Shown in pieces: positions 58,756 to 64,000 of a stretch of DNA of 64,000 nt. Below the pieces are notes generated by a model. That model did no database searches. It was not told the origin of the DNA and worked only from the letters and a program-made list of their open reading frames with translations. Position numbers and translations under genes: made by a program. The stretch is from an uncultured Eubacteriales bacterium (GTDB lineage: Bacteria; Bacillota; Clostridia; Lachnospirales; Lachnospiraceae). Numbering within the stretch: the stretch's first letter is position 1; the number at the start of each line of letters is the position of its first letter. The DNA lies in assembly GCA_949292725.1 (NCBI GenBank), contig CASFAQ010000016.1, positions 738 through 64,737 of the forward strand, given 5' to 3'.

Positions 58756-60036
58756 TCACCCGATCTTTTTGGTACGTCCCGACTTACTCTTATATTCTAT
58801 AACCGGCGTACCTTTTTTCTTTATTACATCCTTTGTAATGACACAGTGATCTACCGTATCGTCGGACGGAAGCTCGTACATTGCATCCATCATCGAAGCC
58901 TCCATAATGGCGCGAAGACCCCTGGCTCCGGTTTTTCTTTCTATGGACTGTCTTGCTATCTCGTTGATTGCATCATCATCAAAATCAAGCTTTATCCCGT
59001 CCAGTTCAAACAGCGCTTTATACTGCTTTACTATAGCGTTCTTAGGCTCAGTCAATATGCGCCTTAATGCTTCTTCGTCCAGTCTGTCAAGTCCAACACA
59101 CACCGGTACTCTTCCGACGAACTCAGGAATCATCCCAAATTTGACAAAATCCTGCGGAAGCACCTGCTTAAAGAGCTCTCCGATATTCTCATCCTTATCG
59201 ACCTTCTTGCCTATCTCGGCATTAAAGCCTATGGACTTCTTTCCTATACGTGCACCGATGATCTTCTCCAGACCATCAAATGCTCCACCGCATATGAATA
59301 ATATATTGGTTGTGTCAATCTCGATAAAATCCTGGTGCGGATGTTTTCTTCCGCCCTGTGGCGGTACATTTGCAACAGTTCCCTCAAGTATCTTAAGAAG
59401 CGCCTGCTGCACTCCCTCTCCCGACACATCTCTTGTTATGGACGTATTCTCAGACTTTCTGGTAATCTTATCTACCTCGTCAATGTATATAATTCCATAT
59501 TCAGCTTTTTCGATATTGTATTCTGCCGCCTGAATAATCTTAAGAAGAATATTCTCAACATCCTCTCCGACATATCCGGCTTCCGTAAGCGCAGTCGCAT
59601 CAGCTATCGCAAACGGCACATTAAGTATCTTTGCAAGCGTCTGTGCAAGATACGTCTTACCTGAACCCGTAGGTCCAAGCATTATAATGTTACTCTTCTG
59701 CAACTCCACATCCGTCTGTCTGCCGGCAAGAACTCTCTTATAGTGATTATACACTGCCACGGACAACGCTTTCTTAGCCTCATCCTGACCTATAACATAC
59801 TCATCCAAAAGCTCTTTTATCTGTTTGGGTCTCAGCAGGTTAATCTCATCCCTAAATGATGGTTCCTGTTCAAACTCGCTGCCATACAGCGCGTCTTCAA
59901 CTATTTCCGCACACACCTCAACACATTCGTCGCAGATATATACACCATCTCCCGCTATAAGCTTTCTCACCTTATCCTGGGGCTTATTACAGAACGAACA
60001 TCTTATATCATTTTCATTATCATCTTTTCCAGCCAT
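58756..60036 (-). CDS. clpX: ATP-dependent Clp protease ATP-binding subunit ClpX
   Basis: 426 aa. Zinc-binding CSFCNK...[12 protein letters not shown]. Confidence 0.98.
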   Translation of the reverse strand: MAGKDDNENDIRCSFCNKPQDKVRKLIAGDGVYICDECVEVCAEIVEDALYGSEFEQEPSFRDEINLLRPKQIKELLDEYVIGQDEAKKALSVAVYNHYKRVLAGRQTDVELQKSNIIMLGPTGSGKTYLAQTLAKILNVPFAIADATALTEAGYVGEDVENILLKIIQAAEYNIEKAEYGIIYIDEVDKITRKSENTSITRDVSGEGVQQALLKILEGTVANVPPQGGRKHPHQDFIEIDTTNILFICGGAFDGLEKIIGARIGKKSIGFNAEIGKKVDKDENIGELFKQVLPQDFVKFGMIPEFVGRVPVCVGLDRLDEEALRRILTEPKNAIVKQYKALFELDGIKLDFDDDAINEIARQSIERKTGARGLRAIMEASMMDAMYELPSDDTVDHCVITKDVIKKKGTPVIEYKSKSGRTKKIG

Positions 60037-60085
60037 TATATTACCTCATTCTGATTATTAAAAATATGCAGGACAACCGATAATA

Positions 60086-60670
60086 TTATATGCGATTTGT
60101 GATTATTCTATCAACAATACCGTACTCCAGTGCTTCCTGCGCACTCATATAATTATCTCTTTCGGTATCTATCTCAACCTGTTCAATAGGTTTACCGGTA
60201 TTCTCAGACAGAATCGCATTAAGTTTTGCCTTGATCTTAAGTATATTCTCGGCTACAATCTTAATCTCCGTTGCCTGTCCTCTTGCTCCGCCCGATGGCT
60301 GATGGATCATTATCTCAGCGTTAGGAAGCGCCATTCTCTTGCCCTTCGTGCCTCCTGCCAGAAGAAATGCTCCCATACTTGCAGCCATTCCAATACATAT
60401 CGTAGATACGTCGCATTTGATATATCTCATTGTATCATATATAGCCATTCCGGCTGTCACGGAACCGCCCGGACTGTTAATGTAAAGGTTAATATCCTTG
60501 TCCGGATCTTCCGATTCCAGAAACAGAAGCTGTGCAACAATAATGCTTGCAGAAGCATCTGTAACTTCCTCTCCAAGGAATATTATCCTGTCCTTTAATA
60601 ATCTTGAAAATATATCGTATGAACGTTCGCCTCTGCTTGTCTGCTCAATGACATAAGGTACCAGACTCAT
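60086..60670 (-). CDS. clpP: ATP-dependent Clp protease proteolytic subunit
   Basis: 194 aa. [32 protein letters not shown]. Confidence 0.98.
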   Translation of the reverse strand: MSLVPYVIEQTSRGERSYDIFSRLLKDRIIFLGEEVTDASASIIVAQLLFLESEDPDKDINLYINSPGGSVTAGMAIYDTMRYIKCDVSTICIGMAASMGAFLLAGGTKGKRMALPNAEIMIHQPSGGARGQATEIKIVAENILKIKAKLNAILSENTGKPIEQVEIDTERDNYMSAQEALEYGIVDRIITNRI

Positions 60671-60695
60671 GTATAATCCTCCTTAAAACTTCTGA

Positions 60696-61982
60696 TTATT
60701 TTTCAACAGCAGCGTCTGTTACGAATTCAGTCGCTTTCTCAACCTTTATATCGTCTTTAATCTGCTCAAGCTCGCTATCTCCTGCCGACTCCTTAAGCGT
60801 CGAAAGCTCGATGCCGTATGTCTTTGCCATATCGGCCAGCTTCTCATCAACCTCTTCGTCAGACACTTCAATACCCTCAGCCTTTGCAATCTCCTCAAGA
60901 ACCAGTCTTGCCTGTATTCTCTTGATTGCCTGAGGCTTCATCTGCTCAAGCATTCCCTGCGCAGTATTGCCGGTAAGCTGCATATACTGTTCAATATTAA
61001 TTCCCTGCATCTGAATATTCTGTGCGAACTCGCGTAACATAGTCTCAGCCTGTGCATCAACCATATCGTCTGCTATCTCCATCTTAGCGTTCTCTATGAT
61101 TTTTTCAATTACGGCGTCCTCTTTCTTAGCTCTGTTCTCTTTTTCTTTTTTCTCTATGAGTTTTGCCTTTATATCAGCTTTGTATTCATCAAGTGTGTCA
61201 AATTCGGATACATCCTGTGCAAGTTCGTCATCAATCTCAGGAAGCACCTTTTTCTCAATCTTCTTGATGGTTACCTTAAATATCGCAGGTTTTCCCGCAA
61301 GCTCTTCTGCCTGATAGTTCTCAGGGAATGTTACGGAAACCTCCGTCTCATCTCCGATATTCTTACCGATGAGCTGCTCCTCAAATGTATCGATGAACGA
61401 ATGACTTCCAAGAACAAGCGGATAATCAGTTCCTTTTCCTCCCTCAAAAGCTACGCCGTCCACAAATCCCTCAAAATCTATCGTAACTGTGTTGCCATCC
61501 TCTGCAGGCGCATCTTCAACGTTCTCCATTACGGCATTCTTCTCCTGCTCCGTCTTAAGAGATTCCATAACCTCATCATCCGTAACTTCGGAAGATAAGG
61601 CTTCTGTCTCAATTCCCCTGTACTCTCCAAGAGTCACCTCAGGCCTTACCGCAACAGTTGCAGTAAATATAAAGCTCTTACCCTTCTCTATCTGTTCAAC
61701 ATCTATATGAGGTCTTGCAACGACCCAAAGATCTGATTCTTTAATCTCTTCATCATATGCATCAGGAATGATTATATTGGCAGCATCCTCATAGAACACC
61801 TCCGGTCCGTACATTTTTTCAATAACGCTCATAGGCGCCTTTCCCTTACGGAATCCCGGTATATTGATCTTTCCTACGCCCTTTTTATAAGCCTGCTTAA
61901 GCGCATCGCTAAATCTCTCTGCCGAAACCTCAATCGTAAGCTTTACCATTCCTTTTTCAAGCTTTTCTACCTGCATACTCAT
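60696..61982 (-). CDS. tig: Trigger factor
   Basis: 428 aa. IPGFRKGKAP motif. Upstream of clpP-clpX. Confidence 0.96.
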   Translation of the reverse strand: MSMQVEKLEKGMVKLTIEVSAERFSDALKQAYKKGVGKINIPGFRKGKAPMSVIEKMYGPEVFYEDAANIIIPDAYDEEIKESDLWVVARPHIDVEQIEKGKSFIFTATVAVRPEVTLGEYRGIETEALSSEVTDDEVMESLKTEQEKNAVMENVEDAPAEDGNTVTIDFEGFVDGVAFEGGKGTDYPLVLGSHSFIDTFEEQLIGKNIGDETEVSVTFPENYQAEELAGKPAIFKVTIKKIEKKVLPEIDDELAQDVSEFDTLDEYKADIKAKLIEKKEKENRAKKEDAVIEKIIENAKMEIADDMVDAQAETMLREFAQNIQMQGINIEQYMQLTGNTAQGMLEQMKPQAIKRIQARLVLEEIAKAEGIEVSDEEVDEKLADMAKTYGIELSTLKESAGDSELEQIKDDIKVEKATEFVTDAAVEK

Positions 61983-62012
61983 TTTTTTAATTCCTCCTAA
62001 AATAAATGTTCT

Positions 62013-63176
62013 TTATTGCTGATCCATATATATACGGTAATTACCGCTAAGCGCCAGTAACGCAAACATATACAGACAATTATCATAATATCTTCTTACT
62101 CCGGTACGAAGAGGTGTGTTCCAGAAAAGTTTCACGCACTCCGAAGCATATCTTCCCCTAGCCGCAAGGGACGCCATCGCATTGGTAGCTATAAGCGCCA
62201 CCGGATGAAGCGCCGGCTGGTCAATAACCGTTCCGTCTGTCTCATATGTCATAAAGTCCTTATTACCAACGGTCTCACAGAAAAACTTCTGAATTCTGTC
62301 AGCGCATTCGCAGTTCCATTCATCGGCTCCAAACCATTCATAGTCCAGACCTATATTGGCTGCAACCCTGTAAGAATCACTGTAGAACCAGTCGTGTCTG
62401 CTTCCGAACTGTTTTATGAAATCCTCATCATAATCATACGGTGTTCCATCATAATTCGCATATTCAGCTGAAAGACCAGTAACAGGATGACATGCTTTCT
62501 TAAGATATTCGCGGCTTGCCTTCGCAGCTTCCCTCCAAAACGGTCTGTCCTCTTCATCTGCCCACAGAGCAAATAGCTCATAAAAATGCGCCAGATGATA
62601 CGACGGATCCGTCCAGTCGCAATTCGGAATAAATTTAATAAGCTTTCTATCGATATCCCACATAGGCATACCCGGCTCTTCTTCGCCGTTATGCAGACAA
62701 CTGTGCAGTATCTTTCTTGCGTATCCGGAATAATTATATATACCCTCGCCATCTCCCCATCTGTGAGATGCAAAAAATAACGCCATTGCGAAGAACTCTT
62801 CACCGTCAGGAGCAGGTCCGTCACTGTTTTGCTCGCCCGTTGTTTTGCACGACCATCCAAAATAGCCCTTGTGATATCCTTCCTTATTGTACATATATGT
62901 GTACGCCCATTTCCACAGCCTGTCAAATTCCTCTTTTTTATCGAGCTGTACGCACATCATCATACCATAGGACATTCCCTCAGTTCTTGCGTCATTATTA
63001 CCCGTATCCTCAAGGTAACCCATATCATCTCCTACGGTATGAAAGAATCTTTCATCTTCGCTGCCATAGAATATGGTATTGAACGCATCATCTATCTTTT
63101 TCTGAATATCCTCATCCGTATATCCAAGTTCCGCAAAAACATTGCGATATTTTCCTGTTGCAAATGCACCTTTCAT
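62013..63176 (-). CDS. GH8 reducing-end xylose-releasing exo-oligoxylanase (Rex)-like
   Basis: ATG at 63176 follows GGAGG. GAFATGKYRNVF, DTGNNDARTEGMSYGMMMCVQLDKKEEFDRLW closely parallels Bacillus halodurans Rex8A. Confidence 0.85.
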   Translation of the reverse strand: MKGAFATGKYRNVFAELGYTDEDIQKKIDDAFNTIFYGSEDERFFHTVGDDMGYLEDTGNNDARTEGMSYGMMMCVQLDKKEEFDRLWKWAYTYMYNKEGYHKGYFGWSCKTTGEQNSDGPAPDGEEFFAMALFFASHRWGDGEGIYNYSGYARKILHSCLHNGEEEPGMPMWDIDRKLIKFIPNCDWTDPSYHLAHFYELFALWADEEDRPFWREAAKASREYLKKACHPVTGLSAEYANYDGTPYDYDEDFIKQFGSRHDWFYSDSYRVAANIGLDYEWFGADEWNCECADRIQKFFCETVGNKDFMTYETDGTVIDQPALHPVALIATNAMASLAARGRYASECVKLFWNTPLRTGVRRYYDNCLYMFALLALSGNYRIYMDQQ

Positions 63177-63190
63177 ATCTGACCTCCGTA

Positions 63191-64000
63191 TCATACTGCA
63201 TGCCCTTTTTCGCAAAGCACATTAACTATCATATCCGTATAAAGCTTGCACTGTTCGTCCGACTCAGCTTCTACCATAACCCTTATAAGCGGCTCCGTTC
63301 CGCTCTCTCTGAGCAGAAGTCGTCCGTTATCCGATAACCTACTGCTTACAGCCTCTGCTACCGCCATAACGTCCTCGTCATTAAGCGCGGCGCTCTTATC
63401 GGCCACCCTGACATTCACAAGAAGCTGTGGATATATGTGTATATCACGTAATAATTCGGATATCTTTGTTTTCTTTTCAAGCATGACCTCCATTATCATA
63501 AGAGCTGTCAGCACTCCGTCTCCTGTAGTTGCATATTTTCCAAATATTATATGCCCGGACTGCTCTCCCCCGAAAGAGTGGTTATTCCTCGTCATATTCT
63601 CATATACGTACCTGTCTCCTACGGCAGTCTTCTCGTATGAAATGCCTGCCTCATCCAATGCCTTGTATAATCCAAGGTTGGACATGACCGTAGTCACGAC
63701 GGTATTGTTATTAAGCTCTCCCCTCTCGCTCATATAACATCCGCAAAGGTACATTATCATATCTCCGTCAACAAGATTGCCCTTATCATCTACGCAAAGG
63801 CATCTGTCAGCATCTCCGTCAAATGCAAATCCTATATTCGCACCACATTCTTTTACATACTCCTGAAGTCCTTCTATATGTGTTGAACCGCAGTCCTTAT
63901 TAATATTGGTTCCGTCAGGCTCTGCATTAATCACGTATGTCTTAGCCCCCAGCGCATCAAAAACTCCTTTTGCTATGGTTGATGCGGAACCGTTAGAACA
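63191..64000 (-). CDS. glmM: Phosphoglucosamine mutase, C-terminal part; the gene continues beyond the window
   Basis: AFDGDADR, GGEQSGH, SGTEPLIRVMVE motifs. The frame stays open past 63934 to the window edge. Confidence 0.92.
   Translation of the reverse strand, partial: CSNGSASTIAKGVFDALGAKTYVINAEPDGTNINKDCGSTHIEGLQEYVKECGANIGFAFDGDADRCLCVDDKGNLVDGDMIMYLCGCYMSERGELNNNTVVTTVMSNLGLYKALDEAGISYEKTAVGDRYVYENMTRNNHSFGGEQSGHIIFGKYATTGDGVLTALMIMEVMLEKKTKISELLRDIHIYPQLLVNVRVADKSAALNDEDVMAVAEAVSSRLSDNGRLLLRESGTEPLIRVMVEAESDEQCKLYTDMIVNVLCEKGHAV

Overview
This looks like a chromosomal window from a low-GC Firmicute, probably a xylanolytic Clostridia/Lachnospiraceae-type gut or rumen organism. That placement is an inference from gene content, AGGAGG-type RBSs, CIRCE-controlled groESL and tig-clpP-clpX-lon-engB synteny. 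I count about 60 protein genes and one tRNA-Gly(GCC). Nearly all genes lie on the minus strand in tight, often overlapping arrays. (i) Housekeeping genes: groES/groEL, glnS, thrC, a hisA-like gene, carB, ttcA, tcdA, metK, malic enzyme, tig/clpP/clpX/lon/engB and glmM. (ii) Xylan-utilisation enzymes scattered among them: a 1571-aa secreted multidomain enzyme ending in a CE1 feruloyl-esterase domain, a cytoplasmic GH43 and a GH8 Rex-type enzyme. (iii) A ~17-kb ABC-transporter-dependent, rhamnose-based cell-wall glycopolymer cluster: rmlABCD, a double GT2, two RgpF paralogues, a Wzm/Wzt-like transporter, a methyltransferase plus kinase-like/coiled-coil pair and an acyltransferase, with metK embedded. 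(iv) Envelope genes: two SleB-type hydrolases, a Big2-NlpC/P60 protein, VanZ and YdbS/YdbT. The most unusual item is a single ORF (22232..23500). It fuses a secreted Cna-B/pilin-like domain carrying an LPQTG sorting signal directly to a complete sortase domain, and it sits immediately behind a GGDEF-EAL-GGDEF gene. There are also decay or assembly-error signatures. An MBOAT/DHHW O-acetylation gene pair is broken by a frameshift on an A_AAA_AAG run, an internal deletion and an in-frame TGA. lon has a frameshift in an A5 run. A degenerate groEL 3' fragment lies just downstream of the intact groEL. I saw no CRISPR array, transposase, integrase or phage genes. All family assignments come from motif recognition by eye; no database search was run.
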